Of a stretch of DNA of 64,000 bases, positions 52,004-64,000 are shown in pieces. The translations under genes and the position numbers were made by a program. Each line of letters begins with the position of its first letter. The stretch's first letter is position 1. Location: assembly GCA_002269645.1 (NCBI GenBank), contig NIVC01000803.1, forward strand, positions 1 to 64,000, read 5' to 3'. This stretch comes from Macrostomum lignano. Its lineage: Eukaryota. The notes beneath the pieces are model-generated. The model was not told where the DNA came from. It did no database searches and worked only from the letters and a program-made list of their open reading frames with translations.

Positions 52004-53191
52004 TTAAGAGTCCAAATGAGGCCATAAAACCAAAAACGCGACAGAGTTTAGTCCGCTAGTCGACAGGTACAGAAATAAGAGGACTAGGTTCCTTTTTCCG
52101 TCAAGACCCTGCCAGTATTGGCTCAAAGTTGAGCTCGGCCTCGTCCCCTCATTGAAATTTATCAAACGCTTTTGATCGACGGCCGCGATGAAAGTGAAAA
52201 CGATGAGGATGAGCATTTGTATCATGAGGAACAGACCGACTAGCGGGATCGTATTCATGGACTTCGGAGCCGACTGGGACGCGATCAGCACGTACAGAGT
52301 CATGGACATGATGATGGCGATGGACAGGTTCACCGGGTCGCTCTTGTCACCAGCCAGGAACATGATGCTTGCGAGCAGCGACAGCAGCTCGAACGGGACA
52401 ATCACCAGCACAGCGTAGTACATCCACTTGCGCTTCAGGTGAATGTTTATTTTGTGAAAGGGAAAGCTCTCTTCAATACTGTGCAATACAGCCTGTTCTT
52501 GCTTAACTCCCTCCAGCTCCCATTCACCGACACCGAACAGTCCGATGTCATTGCTCATGAGACGGGCAGACAGCGATATGTTTAACTCGTCCGAATATGA
52601 CACAACCGTGCCGACTCCAACTGAACAGACCTGCCGGTCGAAAGGAAACTTTCGCACATTCAGGACGCATCCAAACTTTATCACCAGGTAAATCGGTAGA
52701 ACCACCGTTCCCGTGCTGTACACTGAAACCGAAATAAATTTCGAATTACGGAGATCAAACATATCGTTGTCCTTTCCATTCCAGAAACCAATGTCCGGCA
52801 GCCAGAGACTGTCTCTGTCGATAACTAGATGGTCTACGGCCTTGTCGGACGAGTTCCAGGCCAGCCGAGGGTCGGTCCACGTCAGATCAATCCATGCGGA
52901 CCACTCCAACAGCTCCTTCTCGTCCAAGCCGTACACAGCCATCAATTCGATTGTAACCGAGACGCTGGTGTCGTAGCCGAAACTCTTTGGCGATAGTATC
53001 GCGTGACACTGCGGCAGCGACTGCGGCCCGATGGACTCCGCCAGTGCGCGGCACGCGGCCACGTCAGCATTGGCTGCCGAGTCGATGGCGGCCGAGTGGG
53101 TAGCTGCGCTGGCTACCAGAAGCAGCACAGCTGACAGTGGCAACTGTCCAATGCAGCTCTGCCATGCTGCTGGAAGGGAAATTAGTAACAA
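52004..53191 (-). CDS. Cys-loop ligand-gated ion channel subunit, array copy 6 (start codon unresolved)
   Basis: 395-codon open frame with WLPDIGFWN, CVLNVRKFPFDRQVC and M1-M4. It begins at TTG with an in-frame TAG just upstream; the nearest ATG (53165) is out of frame. Confidence 0.85.
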   Translation of the reverse strand: MLLISLPAAWQSCIGQLPLSAVLLLVASAATHSAAIDSAANADVAACRALAESIGPQSLPQCHAILSPKSFGYDTSVSVTIELMAVYGLDEKELLEWSAWIDLTWTDPRLAWNSSDKAVDHLVIDRDSLWLPDIGFWNGKDNDMFDLRNSKFISVSVYSTGTVVLPIYLVIKFGCVLNVRKFPFDRQVCSVGVGTVVSYSDELNISLSARLMSNDIGLFGVGEWELEGVKQEQAVLHSIEESFPFHKINIHLKRKWMYYAVLVIVPFELLSLLASIMFLAGDKSDPVNLSIAIIMSMTLYVLIASQSAPKSMNTIPLVGLFLMIQMLILIVFTFIAAVDQKRLINFNEGTRPSSTLSQYWQGLDGKRNLVLLFLYLSTSGLNSVAFLVLWPHLDS

Positions 53192-54560
53192 GCACAGATA
53201 GTACAGCGGCTACAACTTTGCGATATTCCAGCAACTGAAAATCTCATTATTGTAGAGCTTACCGTAAATTTTGCTTCTCATAATTTCAAAAAACTTTTAA
53301 TGAATCAGATTCTCTTTCGGTTTTGGGTGCTTTTCATTTTATCGGCTCTTTGGTTTCCCTTTTATAATTTCCCAGATTTACATCCAATCGAAGATTGCAA
53401 TTTATTTTAAAAGTCCTACTTTTATAACTACTGAGAGTAGCTATGCATGTTTATATTAATCTGCATTGAATAGGACAAAACTCTCCTACAGTCTGCTTTT
53501 ACTGTGATCTCCTTGTCGTGCTGTAAGTCTCATGATTGAGGCAAGGAAATTAAGAACGGAAAATATCTGACGCGTTAAAGGCTAGCTCACACCGCGCCGT
53601 CATTGAACTACCAATGATGTACAGCATTGTATCGCAGTGTATCATTTTGAAGGGGCTTTAGGAGGTATATCAATCAGACCTGATTGTCTCTTGTCACTTA
53701 AACTTTCATCATGAAATTTGAGCTTGGCCCCAGCTGATAAACAGACTAACAAGAATCCCATAGAATAAGTAAAATGACTTAAGCACTGATTAAGTCATTT
53801 TAGGAGCACTAAGACAGACTGTATTGAAACAGCTAGGGGGAGAAAAAATGCTAGATGATTTTTCAATAGTGCACAATGTAGAAGAAAAGCGCTGGCAAGA
53901 GTGAAGGGCGTAGGCAGGGATGGAGAATAGCATACAGGCTCTGCTGAGTACAGTTCATGCAAGAGAAACCCAAAGTGCACAGTGACGACCACCTCAGCCC
54001 AACCACTATTATATAGCTAGTCTCTCTCTTCAAGCGTTGGCATTGAGGTGGCAAGGCGAGAGAGAGAGACAGAGACAGAAAAAGAGAAAGGAAAGTAAGG
54101 AGGTCTCCCCGTAGGCATCTCTCCGCCAGATTGGCAAGCGCGTACACGATCTCATCGTAGCCTGCAGCTCTTTAAAGCTATAGTCTGAGCCGCGCTAAGG
54201 ACCCCTCATCAGCGCTTAGCCCTGGTACACACGCATTGCCCACTATCTAACTGTGCAATTTACCGAGGCCAGTCGCAGACCTAAGTCTCTATCTTAAGCT
54301 ATCTACTTCAGTCTATAGTAAAACCTAACAAGGTAAAAAGGCCTTCAGTTTTCTTGCGCCGTGGTACGCTGTACGCTCGAGCCATAACTCTTAACTCTCT
54401 GCCCCCATTCGCTTTAAACAGCTATTCATAGGCGCAGTTCAGTTGCTAAGTGGCTTTTTCGCACCAATTGGACAGCCGCATATAAACGTGTAGCTCTATC
54501 AAGGCATTTTCAAGTTTAAAGCATATTCCCCAGCGAGGCAACCAGCTGAGCAGGCCGGAC

Positions 54561-57036
54561 ATGAGCAACGTACCTGGCAATGAGGAGTCGGAGGCTGGCT
54601 CCCTGTTGCAGAGTCTCATGCTGGCCATGCGGCAGCAGCAACTCATGGAGCTGCAGGAGGCACTAGCTGAGTCGCATCGAGACCAGCAGCCTGCACAACC
54701 GCAGCCGCAGCAGCAGCAACAGCGCGCGGCTGCTGCTGACTCGGCGTCGGAAGCTGGTGACGAAGTTTACGCAACAAAGCCGAACTGCAAGCCTGGCGGA
54801 TACGCCGAAGAAAGCTTTATTCACCTGTCCGAGGCGGACAAAGAAGAGTTCGGCTGCAGAATTTGGTGAGTCAACCATATTTTTGGAGCGAGCCTACCAG
54901 GCTGATACGAATGAATCGTGTGCCTATGAAGCTAAACACAGCCGCCATAAGAGAGCCTTCCGTTCAAAAGTTTTGAGCATTTTCTATTTTGAATCTTTTA
55001 CTCGCGAAGCTGTTGGCGGTGATGTGAACCGGCCTTTAGCTGGTATTGTGAATGATAAAAGTGAAGTTTACACTTTACTGCCGAAATTCCGAATTGTAAA
55101 TAAAGCAAGCATGCCTTTTCTCCGGGATACGAGTAGATGAACAAGTTTCTCAAGAAAGTTTTAAGGGAAGTTCCGGTAATCTCTTTAATGCTTTAATTCT
55201 AAACGGACTTTCTTGGCTGATTGTCTGCTTTAATCCGAAAAGTGAATCACAGCGAAATCCAACTCGTCCAGATAAAACTTGTCAATCAACCTCGGGTCGG
55301 AAGGTCAGACGTTGCAAGTTTTAGTGCTAAACAGTAGAAATACTCCTAAGTCAGTGTCTCAATCAAAACAAATCGACGTGTCAGAAGCTAGTAAACGTGG
55401 AATTTAACAATGGAAAGTCAATAAAACAAACCGGAAAGGAAAGATAATCGTATCGCTAGTCGACGGTGCTCGCAATATTAACACATACACATTGCCAGTG
55501 TCAAAGGGCGGCATGCAATGTGCTAAGCCCTGGACCAGTCTTGCGTAACTGCATGCATTCGGAAGTCATTCAGCGTTTTGGCCTCTGAAAAAAACGATTC
55601 AGACCTGTAACCATAGCAACGTCTCGTGTGCTTGATTTAATGAATGGGCTGCAATCTGTGCAGACTTAAATGCACCCTTGGCGCAAAGTTGGATTTCCAC
55701 ATGCATAGCGGCGACCCCGAAAGTTAGGTCAACCGAAAACTCTCACACTTCCACACCCGGCTTTTTGAGTTGCGTAGAGCAGACCGGTTTAGCAAACTTT
55801 CAACGTCTCTGTTAAGAGCACGCATGAGAGTCGTTCGTTTGGTTTTTCGACATAAATATTATTGCGCAGTTGGTTTCACCAGTGGCCTTTCATTCGCGTA
55901 TCATTTTAAATCGTTCATTATTATTCTGCCTTTGGGGCACGCTTGACGATATTAAACTCGCCTGATTATCCACCTTCGAACGCAGCTTCAACATCATCCG
56001 CGACTGCTACGAGTGCCGAAACGCGCACAGATTCTGCTACGCCTGCATCTATGAGTGGAGCGAGCAGTCGGGCCAGGGCTCGAATCTCTGTCCCGTGTGC
56101 CGCTGTCCGGGCGAGTACGCGCACAACGCATCACTAAACGAACGCCTCGGAAAGCGCCGGGTGCGCTGCACGGAGGCGCCGCCAGGCAAGTGCAATTGGC
56201 GCGGCTGTCTCAGCGACCTAGACGGTCATAAGCACCGGCAGTACGAGTTGCACGAGATCTACACCAGCTCGGAGCTGCCCAGCCTGCGACCCGAGCGCAC
56301 GGGTGAGACGGTAAGTGGCCAGCGACTGACAACCACGGAGCTAGTGAAACAGCACAGCGAGGCTAAAACGGCGGCTGCAGCGGCCACCACTCCGGTGGAA
56401 ACAACAGCAGCCTCGACCACAGCGGCTGGAGCAGACAGCAGCGGTGGGGCTCGTCTGCTGGGCCGAAGGCAGCAAGACTCGGCCAGGCGGCTACCCAGCG
56501 CCCAGCAGCGGCAGCAGCTGCAACAACAGGACTCGCAGCCCCAGCAATCGCAGCCACTGCAATACAAGCGGCTCGTCCGACCCCGACCGCCGCCGCCGAG
56601 TGCGGCTCAGCGGCTGCGCGAAAGTCGCGAGCAGCTGTCACTGCTCATGACGCTGCTCACTATTCAGATGCAGGAACGGCAGCAGGCGATGCAACAGGCC
56701 CAGCTAGAGGCGAGGCGGCGCGAGATCGAGCGACGCAGGCAGCTGGCCGAGATTGACAACCTGAACAGGCGGCTGGCGCAGGTGGCCGCAGACGTTAACC
56801 AACCGACGCCGCAGCAGCAGCAGCAGCAACAACAAAGACAGTTGGGACAGCAGCAGCAGCCGCTGCAACAACCGCAACAGCAAAGACAGTTGGCACAGCA
56901 GCAGCAGCCGCAGCAACAGGCCGCTCCACGGCTACCGGCTATTGGCGCAAGCGTTCGAAGCAACTCCACAACGACTCAGAGAGGTGGTACTAGCAGAACA
57001 GGTGGCGGAGGTGGAGGCAGCAATGGTCACGCCTGA
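54561..57036 (+). CDS. RING-finger (C3HC4) E3 ligase with a TRAF-type zinc-finger segment and Gln-rich coiled-coil tail
   Basis: Exons 54561-54865 and 55986-57036 join as CRICFNIIRDCYECRNAHRFCYACIYEW...CPVC, followed by VRC...CNWRGCLSDLDGH. Confidence 0.82.
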
Positions 57037-58477
57037 GACGCATGGCTGGTGCGAATGGCTAATGCAGCTGTCAGTGACCCAACTCGCACCCGAACTCGAG
57101 GATACGGTGTATTGAAAGACTTCGACTTGAATTTTTATATGCACCAAAAATCAGAATTTGTGCTTTTTTTCTGTGATCCCATGAAAACCGCTTTTGCAGA
57201 CAAATAGGCTGGTTCGACTGTTTTATAGTGCGACTCTCTCTCCACACACACACGTGCATGTATGTACAGCGATGCACTGCTATCTGCAGTGCAACAGTAG
57301 CTTTCCACTGCATAGATGATTAAGTTTGTTACCTTTCCGCATCGCATTGTCTTAATGCTTTCAAATCTGAAACTATTTGCTTGCTTAACCGCTGTCAAAG
57401 TGCTATGTATTTTAGTTTTATAAATTAGCCAGCTCTTTATATTTTCCCTATAATATTATATAGAGTCAAGCTTTCTATAATCGCTATCCAAAAATAGGCT
57501 GTCAATCGTGATTTTATTTCTGTAGAACGATAGATCGCATGTCCTAAATAAATGGACGTTCCGTCCACACAGATGGATAATATACGGTTTAAAAGCTTAA
57601 AAAAGGCAAAGTATGGAAGTCTTAAAAGTAGTCATGTATTTTAACTTCGTTAAAATTGTAACGCAGATAGAGAATTTAATTACACGCAAATATTTACTAC
57701 AAAGCTTTCATAGACAGACGGCTTCATTCTTAGCAGAATTTTTAAACCGTCAATTTTAACAAATGCAAGCGGTATTATACTACTGATTAGAATGAAAGTA
57801 GTATCGCTTTTGAATATTGACAGTCACTCTATTAGTCATTTGAGCTGTGGTGCTTTGGACATAGACTATAAAATAAACAAACAAAATTGGAAAATGACTG
57901 TCGATACGGGACTGGGAGCTAAGTGACATGTTTATCTGACCAGTTTTACTATCCATTTTATATTAGTCTATGGCACAAACGTGTTAGCATAAAATACTGT
58001 GTTTGTTATTGACTATAGTCAAGTTTGCTTGTCTAAAGTCCCGATCATCGTAAAAGCGAGATTTTTGCAGAGCCCATTTGGGCTTACACACATTGAGTTT
58101 AATCCAAGATATGTTTGCCAATTAGTAATGGAGCTTTTGTCTATGGTAGCAAAGGTGTGGTCCAACAATTTGGTCCATACCGGCATAACTGACAGGCAGT
58201 GAGGACGGAAGCACGAGAGCAAGATCAGCCCCAGAATCGTGGATAATACGCCAGACTGTTGAACAAACGCCATTGGCTTTTGATCGAAGCGCATTTTTGA
58301 CCATGCTAAATAAAATGCTCTTTTTGTTTTTGTTATAATTGAGCCAATTGAATTTTTTGACGTCACCCTCTTGGTACAAACTACAACTATAACTCACGAT
58401 TGGGTTTCAAATTGATGCTTATTGGACCAAATTAAACGTAATAGCAATTTTTCTAGCGAGTTCCGAGTTGCAGAGAC

Positions 58478-58852
58478 TCAAGGCGACTGCGGATCGGCCA
58501 CGGTATCCGACTCCTCCGTGACCTCCTCCTCGCTGATGCCCACCTCCTCCTCTTCGTCGTCCATCTCCTCATCTTCCTCCTCCTCTTCCTCGTCTTCTTC
58601 TTCCTCCTCATCTTCGTCGTTACCGCCGCCGTCCTCGGAGGAGGCGAGCGAGGCCGACCGGCTGGCACGGACGGCGGGTGCAGCCGGCCTGCACAGCTGC
58701 TTGGCAGCGGCGGAGAACTTGGCAGCCAGCTGGGCCTCGAGCCGGCTCAGCAGCTCCTCCTCGTTCACTGGCCTGTCCGGGTCAAACCAGCACCGGCTGG
58801 CGAGGGGCGGCAGAGTCTCAGAGAACAGCGTGGCAGTTGGCAAGCCGGCCAT
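58478..58852 (-). CDS. ANAPC15: Anaphase-promoting complex subunit 15 homolog
   Basis: TLFSETLPPLASRCWFDPDRPVNEEELL resembles human APC15 as recalled ([28 protein letters not shown]), followed by an acidic tail. A splice acceptor lies 3 nt before the ATG, with a candidate 5'UTR donor near 59746. Confidence 0.75.
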   Translation of the reverse strand: MAGLPTATLFSETLPPLASRCWFDPDRPVNEEELLSRLEAQLAAKFSAAAKQLCRPAAPAVRASRSASLASSEDGGGNDEDEEEEEDEEEEEEDEEMDDEEEEVGISEEEVTEESDTVADPQSP

Positions 58853-58894
58853 GGGCTGCAATTGGAAATTGATGAATTTCGCCTTGCAACTGTG

Positions 58895-59710
58895 AGCATC
58901 CTCTACTGAGCATCCTCTCTACTGAGCATCCTCTACTGAGCATCCTCTCTACTGAGCATCCTCTACTGAGCATCCTCTCTACTGAGCATCCTCTCTACTG
59001 AGCATCCTCTCTACTGAGCATCCTCTCTACTGAGCATCCTCTCTACTGAGCATCCTCTCTACTGAGCATCCTCTCTACTGAGCATCCTCTCTACTGAGCA
59101 TCCTCTCTACTGAGCATCCTCTCTACTGAGCATCCTCTCTACTGAGCATCCTCTCTACTGAGCATCCTCTCTACTGAGCATCCTCTCTACTGAGCATCCT
59201 CTCTACTGAGCATCCTCTCTACTGAGCATCCTCTCTACTGAGCATCATCTCTACTGAGCATCCTCTCTACTGAGCATCCTCTCTACTGAGCATCCTCTCT
59301 ACTGAGCATCCTCTCTACTGAGTATCATCTCTACTGAGTATCATCTCTACTGAGTATCATCTCTACTGAGTATCATCTTTACTATCATCTTTACTGAGCA
59401 TCATCTCTATTGAGTATCATCTTTACTGAGTATCATCTCTACTGAGTATCATCTCTACTGAGTATCATCTCTACTGAGTATCATCTCTACTGAGTATCAT
59501 CTTTACTGAGTATCATCTCTACTGAGTATCATCTTTACTATCATCTTTACTGAGTATCATCTCTACTGAGTATCATCTTTACTGAGTATCATCTCTACTG
59601 AGTATCATCTCTACTGAGTATCATCTCTACTGAGTATCATCTCTACTGAGTATCATCTTTACTATCATCTTTACTCAGCATCATCTCTATTGAGTATCAT
59701 CTCTACTAAG
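58895..59710. repeat. 16-bp minisatellite (ACTGAGCATCCTCTCT grading to ACTGAGTATCATCTCT)
   Basis: About 50 units showing a polar variant gradient. Confidence 0.95.
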
Positions 59711-60067
59711 TATTATCCTTAATAAATTCAAATCCCATGTACTTACAGCTAGAAAGATTAATATAGCTTAAAAAGTACTTATAGCAAATTATATAGAAAA
59801 GACAGGCAAAACATTGTAAGGCAACAATCAGGTCTCTTAATACGAGCCAATAGATCAACTATATAAATTTCGCATGCAGAGTGCAAATTTTCGCGGAAAA
59901 ATGCAGATCTCCTACTACATTTAAGAGCATAACTAACACGCTCAAAATATTGGTTGGTATGTAGTGTTAGACTCGTTTCTGTCTGTTACAATTGTTCTTA
60001 ATATCTCCAGCTGAAATTTCTATAAACATGCGAGTATTCCCTATCTTTCAAAGCACTGTGCACTTGC

Positions 60068-60655
60068 GACACCCTGCAGCACACGACTGACACTCCCAAT
60101 CCGACTTCATGACACCCTGCAGCACACGACTGACACTCCCAATCCGACTTCATGACACCCTGCAGCACACGACTGACACTCCCAATCCGACTTCATGACA
60201 CCCTGCAGCACACGACTGACACTCCCAATCCGACTTCATGACACCCTGCAGCACACGACTGACACTCCCAATCCGACTTCATGACACCCTGCAGCACACG
60301 ACTGACGCTCCCAATCCGACTTCATGACACCCTGCAGCACACGACTGACACTCCCAATCCGACTTCATGACACCCTGCAGCACACGACTGACACTCCCAA
60401 TCCGACTTCATGACACCCTGCAGCACACGACTGACGCTCCCAATCCGACTTCATGACACCCTGCAGCACACGACTGACACTCCCAATCCGACTTCATGAC
60501 ACCCTGCAGCACACGACTGACACTCCCAATCCGACTTCATGACACCCTGCAGCACACGACTGACACTCCCAATCCGACTTCATGACACCCTGCAGCACAC
60601 GACTGACACTCCCAATCCGACTTCATGACACCCTGCAGCACACGACTGACACCCC
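60068..60655. repeat. 43-bp minisatellite (GACACCCTGCAGCACACGACTGACACTCCCAATCCGACTTCAT)
   Basis: About 13 near-identical units. Confidence 0.95.
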
Positions 60656-60703
60656 AAACAGCTCTTTAACGCAAACACAAGCCAGCCAGCTGGCAATCGT
60701 GAA

Positions 60704-62262
60704 TCACAAGGCCTCTCGGCGGTTTTGCCTAGCCTTGGCCTGCTGCAGGAACTGGCCGTACTCGGAGTTCATGCCCTTGGCCCGCTGGCTCAACCGATTC
60801 GCTTCGTCGACGTCAGTCGGTCCGCCGTCGCCTCGCCGCATCATGACGGCCAACAGGCCGCAGCCGGCTCCGTCGCCGGCGTCGCACGCGGTGCCGGCCA
60901 GTTTGCGGGCCTCGGCAGCCTGGCCGGCCTGAAGGCATTCAACAGCAGCGCTGACGCAGGCGAGGCCGACGCCGTCGCGATCGCCGGGACCGAGGCAGGC
61001 GCGGCGGAGCAGAGCCATGCCGGCTTCCAAGCTGCCCGCGCTGCGGCCGCCGTCCAATAGACGGGAGCGGGCCAGGCAAATACAGGAGCGCCTGCGGATT
61101 CAAGATTTAGCGCTTGCAAATTATGCCTGTCTGTTAGCCTTGGTTTGTCTGCCTCCAGTGTTTGCGTCTCAGGTGCATTAGTGTCTGTCTGTCTGTGTCT
61201 CAGGTGCATTAGTGTCTGTCTGTCTGTGTCTCAGGTGTATTAGTGTCTGTCTGTCTGTCTGTGTCTCAGGTGTATTAGTGTCTGTCTGTCTGTGTCTCAG
61301 GTGTATTAGTGTCTGTCTGTCTGTGTCTCAGGTGTATTAGTGTCTGTACGTCTGTGTTTCAGGTGTATTAGTGTCTGTACGTCTGTGTTTCAGGTGTATT
61401 AGTGTCTGTCTGTCTGTGTTTCAGGTGTATTAGTGTCTGTACGTCTGTGTTTCAGGTGTATTAGTGTCTGTCTGTCTGTGTTTCAGGTGTATTAGTGCCG
61501 GTCTGTCTCGGTGTCCCAAGTGTCCTAGCGTCTGTCTGTCTCAGTGTCTCAAGTGTCCTGGTGTCTGTCTGTCTCAGTGTCTCAAATTTCCTAATCTCTG
61601 TCTTTCTCAGTGTCTCAAGTGTCCTAGTGTCTCGGTGTCTCAAATTTCCTAGTGTCTGTGTGTCTCTGTCTTAAGTGTTCCAGTGTCTCTGTGTTTCAAT
61701 ATCTGCCTGACTCGGTGTCTCAGCTCAAAGTCCCTATGTATCATTGTGTAAGTGGCTGTCTATGTACAAGCGTCTGACTACGCCTTAGTCTCAATAATCT
61801 CAATGTCTCTATGCCTCAGCCAGCCAGCAGAGGCTGCAGAGCTACGCACCGATGCAGCAGCCGGTTGCAGGCCCGGTCATAATAAGCATTAGCCTCGGCC
61901 GGGTCGCAGTCCGGATGCGCTGGAGCCCCAACCGGATGTCCGTGCGGCCCGTTCCGCTTATAGTTGGCGTACTTGAAGCAGCTCTCCGCGTGGCCGTGAA
62001 GATCGCAGTTGTGCTTGAACACGGCCGCGCCCTCGGCTGGCTGCTTCCGCCACATGGATAGCCACTGGCCGAGTGAGTGACAGGCGTCCTTGTTACCGTC
62101 TTGGTAGCAGGCGTAGCTGAACTGGAAGCCCCGTTCGCGCATCTGTTCAACTAGTTCAGACTCCGTCTTCAGCTCCATCAGGCCGTGATCGGGGTTGGCA
62201 GGATCGTAATCGGCCGCAGCCTCCAATATTGGGTCATCATCTTCTTCCGGCTTCTTCGACAT
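60704..62262 (-). CDS. COA7: Cytochrome c oxidase assembly factor 7 (Sel1-repeat protein)
   Basis: Exons 62262-61850 and 61091-60704. YACYQDGNKDACHSLG, AVFKHNCDLHGHAESCFKY, YYDRAC, ACDAGDGAGC...GDGGPTDVDEA and the Cys spacing parallel human COA7 as recalled. Confidence 0.82.
61160..61700. repeat. ~31-bp TG/TC-rich intronic minisatellite
   Basis: TGTGTCTCAGGTGTATTAGTGTCTGTCTG units. Confidence 0.85.
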
Positions 62263-62344
62263 TGTCTGATGGCGAAGTCGCTGAAGTTTTGCCGATTGGC
62301 CAAATACACAGCAATGCAGAATATGTAGGGACAGACGGAATAAA

Positions 62345-63720
62345 TTGCAGGTTGGTGACATGGCAGGTTGGTGAAATGGCAAGTTGGTGAAATGGCAAGT
62401 TGGTGAAATGACATGCTAGTGAAATGGCAAGTTGGTGAAATGGCAGGTTGGTAAATGGCAAGTTGGTGAAATGGCAGGTTGGTGAAATGGCAAGGTTGGT
62501 GAAATGGCAAGTTGGTGAAATGGCAAGTTGGTGAAATGGCAAGTTGGTGAAATGACATGCTAGTGAAATGGCAAGTTGGTGAAATGGCATGCTAGTGAAA
62601 TGGCAGGTTGGTGAAATGGCATGCTAGTGAAATGGCAAGTTGGTGAAATGGCAGGTTGGTGAAATGGCAAGTTGGTGAAATGGCATGCTAGTGAAATGGC
62701 AGGTTGGTGAAATGGCAAGTTGGTGAAATGGCAGGTTGGTGAAATGGCAAGAGGGTGAAATGGCAGGTTGGTGAAATGGCATGCTAGTGAAATGGCAGGT
62801 TGGTGAAATGGCATGCTAGTGAAATGGCAAGTTGGTGAAATGGCAGGTTGGTGAAATGGCAAGTTGGTGAAATGGCATGCTAGTGAAATGGCAGGTTGGT
62901 GAAATGGCAAGTTGGTGAAATGGCAGGTTGGTGAAATGGCAAGAGGGTGAAATGGCAGGTTGGTGAAATGGCAGGTTGGTGAAATGGCAAGTTGGTGAAA
63001 TGACATGCTAGTGAAATGGCAGGTTGGTGAAATGGCAGGTTGGTGAAATGGCAGGTTGGTGAAATGGCAAGTTGGTGAAATGGCATGTTGGTGAAATGGC
63101 AAGTTGGTGAAATGGCATGTTGGTGAAATGGCAGGTTGGTGAAATGGCAGGTTGGTGAAATGGCAAGTTGGTGAAATGGCAAGTTGGTGAAATGGCATGC
63201 TAGTGAAATGGCAGGTTGGTGAAATGGCAAGTTGGTGAAATGGCAAGTTGGTGAAATGGCATGCTAGTGAAATGGCAGGTTGATGAAATGGCATGCTAGT
63301 GAAATGGCAAGTTGGTGAAATGGCAGTTTGGTGAAATGGCAAGTTGGTGAAATGGCATGCTAGTGAAATGGCAGGTTGGTGAAATGGCAAGTTGGTGAAA
63401 TGGCAGGTTGGTGAAATGGCAAGAGGGTGAAATGGCAGGTTGGTGAAATGGCAGGTTGGTGAAATGGCAAGTTGGTGAAATGGCATGTTGGTGAAATGGC
63501 AGGTTGGTGAAATGGCAGGTTGGTGAAATGGCAAGTTGGTGAAATGGCAAGTTGGTGAAATGGCAAGTTGGTGAAATGGCAAGTTGGTGAAATGGCAAGT
63601 TGGTGAAATGGCATGTTGGTGAAATGGCAGGTTGGTGAAATGGCAAGTTGGTGAAATGGCAGGTTGGTGAAATGGCAAGTTGGTGAAATGGCAAGCTGGT
63701 GAAATGGCAGGTTGGTGAAA
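62345..63720. repeat. 16-bp minisatellite (GTTGGTGAAATGGCA(A/G)) with variant units
   Basis: About 85 units upstream of COA7. Confidence 0.95.
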
Positions 63721-64000
63721 AAGCAATCGCATGCTGTTTAAACAGAATGACATTGAATACAGTCTTCCGTTGTCTCATACTCTTAGAATACCTCTGCCAA
63801 AATAAGAAACAAAATTTTCAGTACAGCTACCAAATCACTTATGATAGAAAAGAATCAGTCTGAATTATTATTTAGAGCAAAGCAAAAAATATACATTCGG
63901 CGCCAATGCGAGTGATTACATTTTGGCAAAATCATTATTAGAGACATCACAGAATCCGTACAGAAAACAAACTGACTTTTTATTTATTCAAATTCGCCTT

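Noticed and set aside
54180-54260. Minus-strand CTGATGAG, a hammerhead-like core
   Set aside because: There is no downstream GAAA core or compatible stems.
57999-58397. Minus-strand ORFs downstream of ANAPC15
   Set aside because: They have AT-rich composition, no domain match and no supported splice structure; probably 3'UTR or intergenic.
62178-63778. Long HQLAISPTCHFTNLPF-repeat ORFs
   Set aside because: They are translations of a 16-bp minisatellite upstream of COA7.

Overview
This is a eukaryotic (metazoan) genomic window. GC-rich exons with GT-AG introns sit in AT-rich spacers, and most long introns carry their own minisatellite. That style resembles the flatworm Macrostomum, which is an inference only. 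Genes reconstructed by hand: FSIP1-like (+, 5' end not resolved), a CYP2-clan cytochrome P450 (+), PPP1R36 (-), a signal peptide-CUB-LDLa-TM protein (+) with an antisense C2-domain ORF nested in intron 1, a RING/TRAF-zinc-finger E3 ligase (+), ANAPC15 (-) and COA7 (-). The main feature is an array of six intronless Cys-loop (pentameric ligand-gated) ion-channel genes at 36.9-53.2 kb in mixed orientation. Their ligand-binding domains are strongly diverged and lack acetylcholine-binding residues. Their M1-M2-M3 pore block is nearly or completely identical at nucleotide level (257 nt exact between two copies). This suggests a variable-sensor/constant-pore receptor family homogenised by gene conversion. 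Mobile DNA includes a decayed RT-RNase H LINE, a tRNA-derived SINE family whose 3' tail matches that LINE's two-hairpin 3' end, L2/CR1-like LINE fragments, a hAT-like MITE, and probable Crypton-like and Harbinger-like remnants.
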